The notes under the pieces were generated by a model. That model was not told the DNA's origin and made no database searches. It saw only the letters and a list, made by a program, of their open reading frames with translations. Of a stretch of DNA of 64,000 nt, positions 25,912 through 39,400 are shown one piece after another (the first letter of the stretch is position 1; each line of letters opens with the position of its first letter). Origin of the DNA: Octopus sinensis. Its lineage: Eukaryota. The translations under genes were made by a program, and so were the position numbers. Where the stretch lies: assembly GCF_006345805.1 (NCBI RefSeq), contig NW_021833231.1:16407-80406 (forward strand). Reading direction: 5' to 3'.

Positions 25912-26144
25912 AGAGAGAATTTAAGTGTGTGTGTGTGTGTTTGTGTGTCTGTGTGTGAGAGAGAGTGAGAGGGGGAGAGAAAATGTTATAAGTCACCAGC
26001 GATTGTCAGAATATAAAGGAAACATCTATGCCCCCCCCCACAACCTCCTGTCAACAACAACAACAGAAATCAACGTTGCGCTATGTCATAACGTGCTGTT
26101 GATTGCTGGAAGTAGCGTTATTGATGATGATGATGATGGTGATA

Positions 26145-26181
<37 letters not shown>

Positions 26182-26302
26182 CGATGACGACGATGGTGAT
26201 GATATTGATGATGATAATGACAATGAGCATGTTAATGACGTCGTTCCCATAAACACTGATCGCTTATGTATGTACGTATGCATATATATATATATGTATG
26301 TA

Positions 26303-26353
<51 letters not shown>

Positions 26354-26442
26354 TTATATATTATATATATATATGTAGGTCCGGGTTGATTCGGGGTTAA
26401 CCACAGTAAGTAAGGTACTCAATACATAGCAGAGTAAAATTA

Positions 26443-26538
26443 ATTTATTATATAGAAGGAGCTTCTACAGGACTAGTACTGTTTCATTCTCTTGAATGAA
26501 ACAGTACTAGTCCTGTAGAAGCTCCTTCTATATAATAA

Positions 26539-26540
<2 letters not shown>
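26443..26540. repeat. Perfect 47-bp inverted repeat with a 4-nt loop between (TA)n tracts
   Basis: 26443-26489 is the exact reverse complement of 26494-26540. Confidence 0.95.
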
Positions 26541-26620
<80 letters not shown>

Positions 26621-26737
26621 TAGGTGCAGTATCTCACAGAAGTATGTACACTCCTAAAAAATTTCAGTAAAATTGCCATTACTTTAATAATATCGAAAGA
26701 AGTCAAACGAAAATTATACTGAATAAAATATATGATA

Positions 26738-26948
26738 CAGGGTGCGGCAGAAATAGTTGCCACATTTGACAGGTTGACAAAAGGAAAAAGAAACAACATT
26801 TATGAAAAATTAATTGTGCTGTTGTTTAAACAAATGGTTACAGTTTTTGTTCGTTAGCTAACTGCAAACATCATTGGCACTTGCATAAGTTCATTAGCAA
26901 CATATAATTTAAAGTTTAAAATGTGGGAGGTATTTCTGCCGCACTCTG
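26738..26948. mobile_element. 211-bp Tc1/mariner-type MITE inserted in the left TIR of the Tc1 element
   Basis: TA|CAGGGTGCGGCAGAAATA ... TATTTCTGCCGCACTCTG|TA; removing it restores the match between left and right TIRs. Confidence 0.88.
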
Positions 26949-27536
26949 TACATGCAAACATTATACAAATTTGGAATACAAAACAATAAATATTTTCAAA
27001 GATATGAACGCGATATTAGTTTTCAAACGTTACAAAAATATGTCCACCCTAAAGGAAATTTGCTATATTCAATATTTTATCCACTTTTTTCTTTTACTAA
27101 ATTCAGATATTGCTGATAGTTTCAATTCTAATAAATTATTTCTCCTGGCATTTTTACACCGGCCATTGTTATTGAATCTGCAGTAATTCTGATTTGTGTA
27201 CCGTGATGAAAATCGGCTTCATTGTGATTAAAATGGCATCAAAATGAAGATAATTGTCTGAAGATTTGAAGAAAATTTTTTAAAATTTGCACAAGAATGG
27301 TTTAGGATACAAATTAATTAGCAAACGAATACATATTAGCGTAAACACAGTTGCCAAAGTAATTCAGAAGTACAAAGCTACTGGACGGCTAAGCAGTAAA
27401 CATCGACCAGATCGTCCTTCTGTTTTAACTGCGCGTGATATTCGCCTCATCCAACCTTGTGAGATGGACGACAGGCGTCGTACTGCTTCATCTTTGGCCC
27501 AAGAAGTGTCTTCTGTAAGTGGAAAGAGTGTATCCG

Positions 27537-27747
27537 AAGGCGGTGAGCTGGCAGAATCGTTAGCACGCTGGGCGAAAGGCGTAGCCGTATTTCGTCTGCC
27601 GCAACGTTTAGAGTTCAAATTCCACCGAGGTCGACTTTGCCTTTCATTCTTTCGGGGTCGATTAAATAAGTACCAGTTACGCACTGGGATCGATGTAATC
27701 GACTTAATCCCTTCCCCAAATTTGAGGCCTTGTGCTTCCAGTAGAAA
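27537..27747 (+). mobile_element. SINE family B inserted in the Tc1 transposase
   Basis: 16-bp TSD GGAAAGAGTGTATCCG at 27521-27536 and 27748-27763. Confidence 0.93.
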
Positions 27748-27966
27748 GGAAAGAGTGTATCCGGCCGAACAGTTCGTCGAAGTTTGAACCATTGTGGTCT
27801 TCATGGACGCATTCCTCGTAGGAAGCCTCTCCTCACTACCAAGCATAAATCAAGTCGTCTTTCCTTTGCCGAAACCTATGTTGGTAAGGGGAAAGAGTTT
27901 TGGAATAAAATTCTTTTTACTAACGAGACTAAAATCAAATTGTTTGGGTCAGATGGTATTAAATGA

Positions 27967-28374
27967 TTAGGCGGAGAGCTGGCAGAAACGTTAGCACGTC
28001 GGGCGAATTGCGTAGCCGTATTTCGTCTGCCGTTACGTTGTGAGTTCAAATTCCGCCGAGGTCGACTTTGCCTTTCATCCTTTCGGGGTCGATAAATTAA
28101 GTACCAGTTACGCACTGGGGTCGATGTAATCGACTTAATACCTATGTCTGTCCTTGTTTGTCCTCTCTATGTTTAGCCCCTTGTGGGTAATAAAGAAATA
28201 GGTATTTCGTCTGCCGTTACGTTGTGAGTTCAAATTCCGCCGAGGTCGACGTTACCTTTCATCCTTTCGGGGTCGATAAATTAAGTACCAGTTGCGCACT
28301 GGGGTCGATGTAATCGACTTAATACCTATGTCTGTCCCCTCTGTGTTTAGCCCCTTGTAGGTAATAAAGTAATA
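27967..28374 (+). mobile_element. Dimeric SINE family B inserted in the Tc1 transposase
   Basis: 12-bp TSD GGTATTAAATGA at 27955-27966 and 28375-28386; second unit starts at ~28201. Confidence 0.93.
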
Positions 28375-28519
28375 GGTATTAAATGAGTATGGCGATGACC
28401 AAGTGAAGATAATAACGACAAATGCACCGTGTTATGCTTTGAAGATGAATGGGTGTGGCTGGTGTGAGAGGACCCACTTTTATTGAGAGAACAATGGAAT
28501 CAAGGCTTTATTGAGACAT

Positions 28520-28847
28520 CGTGGCACTCCGTCAGTTACGATGACGAGGGCTCCAGATGATCCGATCAACAGAACAGCCTGCTCGGGGAATTAACGTGTA
28601 AGTGGTTGAGCACTCCTCAGACACACGTACCCTTAACGTAGTTCTCAGGCAAAATGTCGACCTGGTTGAGATTTGATCTCAAAACATAAGGGGATGTAAT
28701 CAAATACTGCAAGATATTTTACGCTGCGCCCTAGCAATTCTAATGCAATGCCTGAGAAAAACGACTGGGTGGTTATGACTGGAACGCTTTTGATTACAGT
28801 GCCGCTCACTCAGAGCTGACCTGAATCCCAACAATAATAAAAACACC

Positions 28848-28888
<41 letters not shown>

Positions 28889-29283
28889 CAACAACATTAC
28901 CAATCGCTACCCTCGTCACCACTCCCATCACCTCCACCATCACCTCACCTCATCACCAGCAGCAGCAGCTCGTGAAATTAACGTGCAAGTGGATGAGTAC
29001 TCGACAGACACGCGTACTCTTAACGTAGTTCTCGGTGAGATTCAGCGTGACACAGTTTGTGACAAGCCAGGCTCTTAGAAATACAGGTACAACAGAAACA
29101 GGAAAGAAGAATGAGAGGAAGTTGTGGTGAAAGAGTACAGCACGGTTCACCACCACCCGGAGCCTCGTGGAGCTTTAGGTGTTTTTGCTCAATAAACACC
29201 CACAACGCCCGGTCTGGGAATCGAAACCGCGATCCTACGACCGCGAGTCTGCTGCCCTAACCACTGGGCCATTGCGACTCCAC
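28520..29283 (-). mobile_element. SINE family C with an extra internal segment, inserted in the Tc1 transposase
   Basis: Minus-strand head TGGAGTCGCAATGGCCCAGTGGTTAGGGCAGC..GGTTTCGATTCCC; tail sequence present twice; imperfect TSD TATTGAGACAT/TATTGTGATAT. Confidence 0.8.
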
Positions 29284-29603
29284 TATTGTGATATATTGCA
29301 GAAAACAATGTTGAAAAGCTTCAAAGAACTAGAAAGACATTCCATGTTCCAACATAATAATGACCCTAAACACACTTCAAAGATGACTAAGTTTTTCTCA
29401 GATGAAAAGGTAAAGGCATTGCCTTGGCATATCATATCACCTGATTTAAACCCAGTAGAACAACTGTGGGGTGTTTTGAAAAGGAAAGTTGTGGGGAAAA
29501 TGACCCTGCAATGTAACACAGTTGAAAGACATCATTCTAAATGAATGGAGGTCGATTTGATCGGTTGTATGCGGAAATTTAGTCGACTCAATGCACAGAA
29601 GAC

Positions 29604-29604
<1 letters not shown>

Positions 29605-29645
<41 letters not shown>

Positions 29646-30213
29646 GTAATAATAATGAAATTATTGTATACGGTGCTCAGGTGCACCACAACTTGTCAAA
29701 AGTGCGTATAAAGCATGTGCCTTAATGTACAAATGTCTGGGACGTGAACAGTGTGTGAGTCAGATACATGCTTGCGTGTGTATGGAGGGGAGAAAATCAG
29801 GTGTAGTGTTGGCGAATCTCAGGAAGCACGGAAGTTTTGAAGGATGCAGTGCTCCGACAACTAACAACTGATGCCGGCAGTCTGTTCCATGCTTCAGCAA
29901 CTCTTGGCGTGAAAAAATGTTTCCGAAAGTCATGGGAGCTGTGCTGTTTCTTGACTTTGTAAACATGTCCACGGGTGTTAGACAGGTGGAGTTTGAAAAG
30001 GTACTCAGAGTTATTGTTTGTAAGATGGTTCATAATTTTATGGGTGTCTGTCAAGTCAGCTGCCATACGTCGAAGTTTCAATGTGTCCATGCCCAGGGAA
30101 GTAAGGCGTTCAGAATATGGCAAATGTTTGATGGAGGGTATTCTCTTGGTTGCACGTCGCTGAACGGCTTCCAGACGATTAGTATCATTGAAAGCAAGGG
30201 CGGTCACACCAAA
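29605..30213 (-). mobile_element. 5'-truncated CR1 LINE with (TTA)n tail inserted in the Tc1 element
   Basis: RLEAVQRRATKRIP..YSERL..LKLRR..NTRGHVYKV..RKHFFTPRVAEAWNRLP; (TAA)n at 29605-29656. Confidence 0.9.
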
Positions 30214-30447
30214 CATTAAATATAGCAAATAATTCTTTAAGTTGTATATTTTTTAGCATCGTTCGAAAATTAATATTTCGTTCATATCTTTGAAAACGTC
30301 TATTGTTTTCTGTTTCAAATATATATAATGTTTGCATGTATAATATATTTTATTCAGTATAAATTTCGTTTGATTTTCTTCGATATTATCAGAATAATGC
30401 CAACTTTACTGAAAGTTTTTAGGGGTGTACATACTTCTCTGAGATAC

Positions 30448-30480
<33 letters not shown>

Positions 30481-30719
30481 ATATATATATATACATACAT
30501 TATATATATATATATATATAGTTTTAAATTCAGGTACACACCTTGTAACCATGCAGTATGCCGTTTAAAGCCCGTTTACTGTATTTGGCAACCTGATGTC
30601 ATCAAAATTATGGATTCATATGCCAGAGAATTTACTACAGAAATACCTTCGTGTCTGAGAAAAAGAGAAAGAAAATGGAATTCACGAGATTCTTTATTAA
30701 TCTCATGAATTCCATTTTC

Positions 30720-30758
<39 letters not shown>

Positions 30759-30772
30759 CTCTCTCTCTCTCC

Positions 30773-30812
<40 letters not shown>

Positions 30813-31362
30813 GATATATAATGCAAAATGGGACAAGAACGCAAAACATCCGGACAACTAGGGACAACAAAACATCCAGATAGACGATACAAAAAAAAAA
30901 ACAAGGGTCATTCGAAGCTTTCAGTCAAGAACCAGATCATCCTCACAATTTCGGCTTATTAATCTTGAGATTGCCCCAATCTGGCCAGCCCCAAAGAAAA
31001 ACTAAGCTAAGAGCATTAGATTCCTTGGAAGAAAGCATCGAATGTATACGAAAACAAGGACGGAAAAACAGTCGATGTTACACAAATATAAATACAATAT
31101 AAATACAATAAAAATAATAATAATAACAGGACATAACAACAGGTGTCTTTCGACTGGGGACGAATTATATATATATATATATATACAAAATAAGAAAATG
31201 GAGAAATAGATTCCTTTCAATCATCAACTTATAGATAATACCAATTCATATAATTTACTAATTAATTAAATAGGAACATCCAAATCCAACAGAATAAAAC
31301 AGAATAAAACAATATACATCAATAAGTAAGATAATACCATAAAAATAATACATATAAAATGG

Positions 31363-31488
31363 ATCTTACAGCTGTTTCAGCCTGTAGATAAGAGTACCTC
31401 ATTATGCCCATATTAGTCAGATGTATTGAGGTAATATGCAGTTAAAAATGAGTTACTTATATATATATCTCAAGGCCTCGTCAGAGAT
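31363..31488 (-). ncRNA. Type I hammerhead ribozyme-like motif with a long loop II, in a Penelope-like fragment
   Basis: Minus strand atct-CTGACGA-GGCC...GGCT-GAAA-CAGCTG-TA-agat; intact core and palindromic helix III. Confidence 0.65.
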
Positions 31489-32170
31489 TATAAAGTACAA
31501 TCATGAAGATATAAAATGAAGATATAAAATGCAAATAGAGGTATATATTGTTGCGTTGATTAAAATAAATTCGTGTGCATTTACATTTAACACTTTCTTG
31601 TAAGCCTAAAAGTAGAAAAGAAAATGCAACGCTGCCGTAGCTCAATGTTTTGTTGCTTGATTACGCTTCATCATATATAAATAGTAAATTTGTAGTCCAC
31701 AACCCACCAATTACAGCCGTTTCTATACGTAAATAGCGAAAAATAAATTTCCTAGTGCGTGCAAAGTTCTGTCAAGCTGGAATTAATGATTTGAAGTCGA
31801 ACTAATAAAGCGTAATCACGCATAAAAACGTTCCGATTATGTCATTCATATCTTTGCTCGGTTTGTTTTCACTGTCCATAAGCAGAATATATCCTCTGAG
31901 ACCGTTACTGCAGCGAGTATCTCTTCCTGTTTCAGCGCACACGAACGTGGCAAATATAAATGAACAACGCTTTAAATATGCACACACGGGAATGTATAGA
32001 TGGGAGCGTGTGTGCGTCTGAGCATTTGTGTGTTTGTACATTTTTGTGCATACACACTCACACAGGCTCGAAACGTAAAAGACTTTTTCTATTCCTGAGC
32101 GTTACACTAATACATCTGTTTGTTTTGTACACCACCTGTCTTCGTCTTTTGTTTATTTTCGTATCTTTCC

Positions 32171-32248
<78 letters not shown>

Positions 32249-32258
32249 TATCTATCTG

Positions 32259-32335
<77 letters not shown>

Positions 32336-32354
32336 AACATACATATTATTTAGT

Positions 32355-32628
32355 CTTTTACTTGTTTCAGTCATTTTACTGTGGCCATTCGGAAGCACTA
32401 CTTTCAGTCGGGCAAATCAAAGCCAGGGCTTATTCTTTGCAAGCCTAGTACTTATTCTATCGGTCCATTTTGCCGAACCGCTAAGTTAGGGGAACGTAAA
32501 CACACCAGCATCCGTTGTCAAGCGATCTTGGTGGGACAAACACAGATACACAAACATATCACACACACACACACATACATATACATATATACTACGGGCT
32601 TCTTTCAGTTTCCGTCCACCAAATCCAC
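32355..32628 (-). mobile_element. SINE family A, 5'-truncated
   Basis: Reverse complement of family A body and tail. Confidence 0.85.
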
Positions 32629-32684
32629 TGAAAAGGATGTCAAGTGGTTAAATAAATATATTCATCTCTCATAATTTGTGACTT

Positions 32685-32765
<81 letters not shown>

Positions 32766-33007
32766 ATGTATATATATGTACATATATTGTATATATATAT
32801 ATGTGTATATTTGTATATATATATGTATATATATTGTATTATATATATATGTATATATATATGTATATATATGTATATATATATATGTATATATATATGT
32901 ATATAATGTATATATATATATATATGTATATATATGTATATATATATATGTATATATATATATATGAATATATATGTATATATTTATATGTATATATATA
33001 TATGTAA

Positions 33008-33066
<59 letters not shown>

Positions 33067-33967
33067 ATATATGAATATATATATGTATATATTTATATAT
33101 ATTATATATAATATGTATATATGTGTATATATATGTATATATATGTATATATATGTATATAGATATATATATGCATATATATATATAAATATATGTATAT
33201 TATATATATGCTATATATATATATTTATATACATATATTTATATACATATATATATATACATACATATAGATAGATATGTGGTGGTGGAGCATCGTGGTT
33301 GAGGAGTTGTGTGGGTGGGCAGTGGTTTTGTTGAGATAGTGATGGCAGGCGGTGGTGGTGTGGGTGACGGCGTTGGTCGTGGCAGTGGCAGTGGTGATGG
33401 TGTGTGGGGTTCGTGGTGGTGGTAGCGGTGGTGTATGTAGAGGTTGTGATGGCGATGTAGGTGGTGATGGAGTTAGTAGTAGTAGTAGTAGTGGTGGTAG
33501 CGATGGTGGTAGTTGCGTCCGATAGTGTTTAATTGAAGACGTCTGGCTTATTATTAATGGCTGGTGGTGAGGTGTAGTGGAAACAGAAGAAAAAAAAACC
33601 ATAACCAGAAAAAAAAATAAAAAAAGCAAAAAAACAAAAACAAAAAAAACAGGAAAATAATAAGAGAAGCCTTCTTCCAACCCAGAGAAACCAAATTAAA
33701 TAGGAGCAAAAGTACAAAATAAAAACACATACAAAAACACGGAAGTAAACAAGTAAATAAATAATATATGAAATAGAATTTAATGTATGAGTTAGTTTCT
33801 GTGAGTCAAAGATACAGTTTTGGTTTGATACGGTGCCAATATATGAATTGGTTAGGGTGTAAGTTCGGTAACTGTTGGCTTTAAGGATAAACGAGCAGCA
33901 GTTAACCAGAAAATATGAAGAGTGGGATAAAAAATGATCACGCATACACACTGGTGTATAATATATA

Positions 33968-34024
<57 letters not shown>

Positions 34025-34317
34025 TATATATATATATATATATATAATATGTATGTATATATGTATATGTATATATATATATGTATATATATATATATGT
34101 ATATGTATATATATATATATGTATATGTATATATATATGTATATGTATATATATATATGTATATATATATAAATACGTGTATATATATATACATACATAT
34201 ACATATATATATATACATACATATACACATATATATACATATATATACACATATACTTACATATATATACATATATATATACATATATATAATATATATA
34301 TATATATACATGTATAT

Positions 34318-34372
<55 letters not shown>

Positions 34373-34396
34373 CATATACATATACATATTTATACA

Positions 34397-34427
<31 letters not shown>

Positions 34428-34526
34428 GTATATATATGAAGTATTTATATATTATTATGTATATATACATATATGATATACATACGTATAATATAAATAT
34501 GTATATCATATATATGATATACATAT

Positions 34527-34558
<32 letters not shown>

Positions 34559-34560
34559 TA
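32685..34560. repeat. Long (TA)n/(TATG)n microsatellite tracts around a (GGT)n and A-rich spacer
   Basis: Direct reading of the sequence. Confidence 0.85.
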
Positions 34561-35312
34561 TTACAATTATTATTATTATTTTTACTATACATATATTTAT
34601 TCATTTATCAGTGCTTCATTATTTTTTATGCTTCGTTATATTTTTGTACACACACACACACACGCACACACACACACACACACACACGCTCACACACACA
34701 CGCACTGGTAGCAGATACAGAATGACGCACACGTATATACGTACAAATCTACATACGTATGTGTGTACTTCTCTATGTATACGTACATATACAAACATAT
34801 TCATATATGTATAAGCCTGTATATGCACAGGTTCGAACATTTGTGTACATACACATGTATGTGGTGTATTCATGCGTATCTATGCGTACATTTATATATA
34901 CACATACGCATACACCTGTATATAAGTGTGTGTGCTTGTATATATGTTTACATAAACTCACACGCGTACACCCTATGAATTAACACAGATATATGTATAT
35001 AAAACTGAAATAACGATTCGTATTCTTAGAAAATACACACATAGATGTACAGGGCGCGTTGTTTATATCTCAACCAGAAGTTTCCTGCGGAAAAACCTAA
35101 AAAAAAAAACGAAGATATTTAAAAAAAAATAATTGTTTTTCAAATTTGCGCATAACTCAATGCTTGCTGGTCTCTCTTCACCAAACGATGTCTAGACGAA
35201 TGAATATATCTGCCAGCTAAATCAAAGGTCAAATTATTTGGGTGAAAGTGGAAAAGTCCTAGATTCCTTTGCTCGTTACTTTCATATCTGCTTCAGTTCA
35301 AAGTACCATTCT

Positions 35313-35728
35313 TATTTCTTAATTGCCCACAAGAGGCTAAAGATAGAGGGGACCAACAAGGAGAGAGAAACGGATTAAGTCGATTACATCGACGCCAGTG
35401 CGTAACTGGTACTTAATTTATCGACCCCGAAAGGATGAAAGGCAAAGTCGACCTCGATTTGTCTGTCTCAGAACGTAGAGACAGACGAAATACCTATTTT
35501 TTATTACCCACAAGGGGCTAAACACAGAGAGGACAAACAAGGATAGACAAACGGATTAAGTCGATTATATCGACTCCAGTGCGTAACTGGTACTTAATTT
35601 ATCGACCCCGAAAGGATGAAAGGCAATGTCGACCTCGGCGAAATTTGAACTCACAACGTAGAGACAGACGAAATACCGCTAATCGTTTCGCCCGGCGTGC
35701 TAACGTTTCTGCCAACTCGCCGCCTTAC
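35313..35728 (-). mobile_element. Dimeric SINE family B
   Basis: 14-bp TSD CAAAGTACCATTCT at 35299-35312 and 35729-35742. Confidence 0.92.
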
Positions 35729-36305
35729 CAAAGTACCATTCTGCAAATGAATGTTAACGAGACACCGTAGATTGCTTTCTTTTCCTTCCTTCTCTTTCCT
35801 TTGCCGCCCAACTCCCGCTTTACGAATTTTCTGCTGGGCCTTTTTCGTCGTTGGTCGATGGTATATTAAGACAGTAACGTAACCATCTCAGCTGTACCCG
35901 GGCTGTTACCAACTCTCTGCTCTTTTATACGCCACGTTGGAAACACAAGTCATTATCTTCACATTTATGAAACCACAGAAGATGCCAGATATCGGTTACG
36001 GATTATCGTACGTATCTGCCTTAGATTTTCTGTTGGGCTTTACTCTATTTGCCTTTTTAAAATTCTCAATAAATTATCTCACAAGGCAGCAGGGGTTTAC
36101 TAGTTTTACTATTATAGTTGGCATTGTTTGCACAAAACCAGTCCGCTCTATCGTTCTATCAGACAGCTATTAAACCCTATAGGTACCAGAATGCAGGTTT
36201 TGTATGGAGTTTTTTTTTCCGAGATGTGCAGCTAAAGAGCTGAAGGGCCTCATCTACTCTGGGTCCATTGGCGGATATCAGTGAGTAACTTTGTTCCGAT
36301 GTGTG

Positions 36306-36525
36306 AGAATCGTTAGCACGCCGGGCGAAATGCTTAGCGGTATTTCGTCTGCCGCTACGTTGTGAGTTCAAATTCCGCAGGGGTCGACTTTACCTTTCAT
36401 CCTTTCGGGGTCGATAAATTAAGTACCAGTTACGCACTGGGGTCGATGTAATCGACTTGATACCTATGTCTGTCCTTGTTTGTCTCCTCTATGTTTAGCC
36501 CCTTGTGGGTAATAAAGAAATAGGT
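36306..36525 (+). mobile_element. SINE family B, slightly 5'-truncated
   Basis: Matches the other family B copies. Confidence 0.88.
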
Positions 36526-37059
36526 AATTCCGTGATACGCTGGTTAACCGGAAGCTGGGACCCTGACAGGCGCTAGCGCGCTGGGTCAGAATAAACTTAA
36601 GAACAATTAAACTGGCACCCAGTCCGTTGCGACGACGAGGGTTCCAGTTGATCCGATCAACGGAACAGACTGCTCGTGAAATTAACGTGTAAGTGGCTGA
36701 GCACTCCTCAGACACACGTACCCTTAACGTAGCTCTCAGGCAAAATGTCGACCTGGTTGAGATTTGATCTCAAAACATAAGGGGATGTAATCAATTACTG
36801 CAAGATATTTTAGGCGGCACTCTACCGATTCTAATGCTATGCCTGAGAAAAATGACTGGGTGGTTATGACTGGAACGCTTTTGATTAGTGCCGCTCACTC
36901 AGAGCTGACCTGAATCCCAACAATAATAAAAACACCACCACCACTACCACCACCACCAACAACAACAATAGCATTACCAATCGCTACTCCCACCACCATT
37001 CCCACCACCTCCACCAACACCTCACCTCATCGTCAGCAGTAGCTGCCGCAACACCGCCA

Positions 37060-37612
37060 TGCTACCAACAAGAACAAGAACAAGAGCAAGAACATCAAGA
37101 TGATGATGATGAAGAGGAAGAAGAAGAAGAAGAAAGGAAGAAGGGAAGAAGAGGAAGAAGTAGAAGAAGAAGAGAGAAAAGGAAGAAGAAGAAGAAGAAG
37201 AATACAGGAAGAAGGGAAGAAGGGAAGAAGAAGAAGAAAAAGGGAAGAAGAAGAAGAAGAAGAAAAAGGGAAGAAGAAGAAGAAAGGAAAAAGGGAAGAA
37301 GGGAAGAAGAAGAAAGGAAGAAGAAGAAAAAGGGAAGAAGAAGAAGAAAGGAAAAAGGGAAGAAGGGAAGAAGAAGAAAAAGGGAAGAAGAAGAAGAAAG
37401 GAAGAAGGAAAGAAGAAACGAAAAAGGGAAGAAGATAAAGGGAAGAAGATGAAGAACAAGGGAAGAAGATAAAGGGAAGAAGAATATAAGAAGAAAGGAA
37501 GAAGGAGGGTAGAAGAAGAAGAAGAAGAAGAAGAAGAAGAAGAAGAAGAAGAAGAAGAAGAAGAAGAAGAAGAACAACAACAACAACAACAACAGCAACA
37601 ACAGCAACAACT
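37060..37612. repeat. (GAA)n-rich polypurine tract followed by (CAA)n
   Basis: Direct reading of the sequence. Confidence 0.95.
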
Positions 37613-38279
37613 GCGAATATATAGCAGCGTCTGCTTTTGACAAAATTTTCTCTGATTGAGCGACAACAATGTGATCGGAAAATATGTTTCTTACAATCGA
37701 TTCTATGTGAAGCGAAGTTAATGAATTTTTCTATAATACAGCGTTTTGCTATTAAACGGATTTTTAATATTCTGACTAAATATAATAGATGTCTTGCTGA
37801 CATATTTAATCTTTCTTCTCCTTTTTATGTATTTAAATTTTTCTTTCTATTACTTCGAACACAACAGCTCATGCAGGAATTTGTCGACGTCTATGATAAA
37901 TATTTCTCGACGATCGATTACATTGATGTATTTAAACAAAAGTAGATTGATAGATTGTCTGTGTTCATAAAATGAAAAGGCCTTACAGAATTTAACATCA
38001 CTTTTGTAGATCGTTGAACTTATATGTGTTCTGCCTGATCCTAACCATTAGATATCTCGTTTATTTCAACTATATTTTAAGTCATGTTTCTCCATTCTTC
38101 TTATCTCTTTAACCTGTCTACGTTGTCAATATAGTTTTCTTATATCACAGAAATTAACTCCAGTAAAACTATCCACATTGTCATCCATCAATAACAATAT
38201 TAAAATGGAAATACGTCTCGTACAGAGGCCAGGACTGGAGTACATAAGATAGAAGATTAATAAAACGAGGCATTTTTTT

Positions 38280-39400
38280 AACGCTTTTGTTGCAAACAAG
38301 GCTTAAAACCACTGCAGAATAAAGGACTGCAAAGAAGGTAAAGAAGAGGCTCAGAAATTAATAAGAGATCGATTGACAGAACGCTTAAAGGACTGAGGAA
38401 AACAAGACGATAATGGTGAGTTCCAGAGAGCAGAAGTTTGACAAAGAAGCTGTTAGAATAAAAAGGCTTATTACTAACAGGAAGCTCAATAGAGACACGG
38501 TACGGCTGGGAAGAGAAGTGAATAACATGCTTAAAAGTCATGATAGAAGCTACAATGGATAAGAAAGCTCAAAAGAGCAACGACCATGGAACACTTATTG
38601 CAAAAAAAAAAAATCAACGAAGATTCATTTTTTTGATAAGGGGCGAAAGACTCTAACCCAGCAGAAAGAAAAGAATCCATTTTGTTAATAACTCGATTCT
38701 CAATTTGAAAACAAGAAAATGGTAGTCAGTTCCAGAGAGCAGCAGTTCGAAGAAAGAAGCTTTTTATGATAAAAGGATATTAAGACAGCGAGCTGGCAGA
38801 CTCGTTATCTCGCCGGGCGAAATGCGTAGCCGTATTTCGTCTGCCGTTACGTTCTGAGTTCAAATTCCGCCGAAGTCGACTTTGCATTTTATCCTTTCGG
38901 GGTCGATAAATTAAGTACAAGTTACGCACTGGGGTTGACGTAATTGACTTAATCCCTTTGTCTGTCCTTGTTTGTCCTCTCTGTGTTTAGCCCCTTGAGA
39001 GTAGTAAAGAAATAGGCATTTTGTCCGTCTTTACGTTCTGAGTTCAAATACCGCCCGCCTAGGTCGACTTTGCTTTTTTACTCTTTCGGGGGTCGACGAA
39101 TTAAGTACCAGTAAAACACTGGGGGCGTCGTAATCGAGTAGACTTCTTCCCCACCCCCTAATGTCAGGCCTTGTGTCTGTAGTAGAAAGGATAAAAATAA
39201 AAGGATATATGACTAACAAGAAGCATAACAGAGGAATGATGCGCCCTGGAAAGGAAGCGGGTGATATGACGAAAGGTCTTGATAGAGGGTATTAGAGCAG
39301 AAAGTTCATCAGACCATGGAAATACTTAGAGAAATGACGCAGCAAAGATACATTTAGGCAATGAGTCAAAGAGCCCAATCTATAGGGAAAATAAAAGATA
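38280..39400 (-). mobile_element. Old CR1-group (Zenon-like) LINE 3' fragments, present twice and interrupted by a SINE
   Basis: Minus strand SLTHCLNVSLLRHFSKYFHG..SDELSALIP..ITRFLSRAH, SFFLRTAALWN*LP, and a second copy QPYRVSI..FYSNSFF..TSALWNS. Confidence 0.6.
38785..39190 (+). mobile_element. Dimeric SINE family B
   Basis: Family B match; ATAAAAGGATAT repeated on both flanks. Confidence 0.88.

Larger units (their letters stand above)
26627..30449 (+). mobile_element. Tc1-family transposon with long (~230 bp) TIRs; transposase decayed and interrupted by nested insertions
   Basis: TIR CAGTATCTCACAGAAGTATGTACACTCCTAAAAA / TTTTTAGGGGTGTACATACTTCTCTGAGATACT; transposase pieces HKNGLGYKLISKR, RPDRPSVLT, GLHGRIPRRKPLLT, WNKILFTNETKIKLFGSDG, FQHNNDPKHTS, WHIISPDLNPVEQLWGVLKRKV. 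Confidence 0.92.

Noticed and set aside
37022-37803. Long Lys/Glu- or Phe/Ser-rich ORFs
   Set aside because: Translation of a (GAA)n tract
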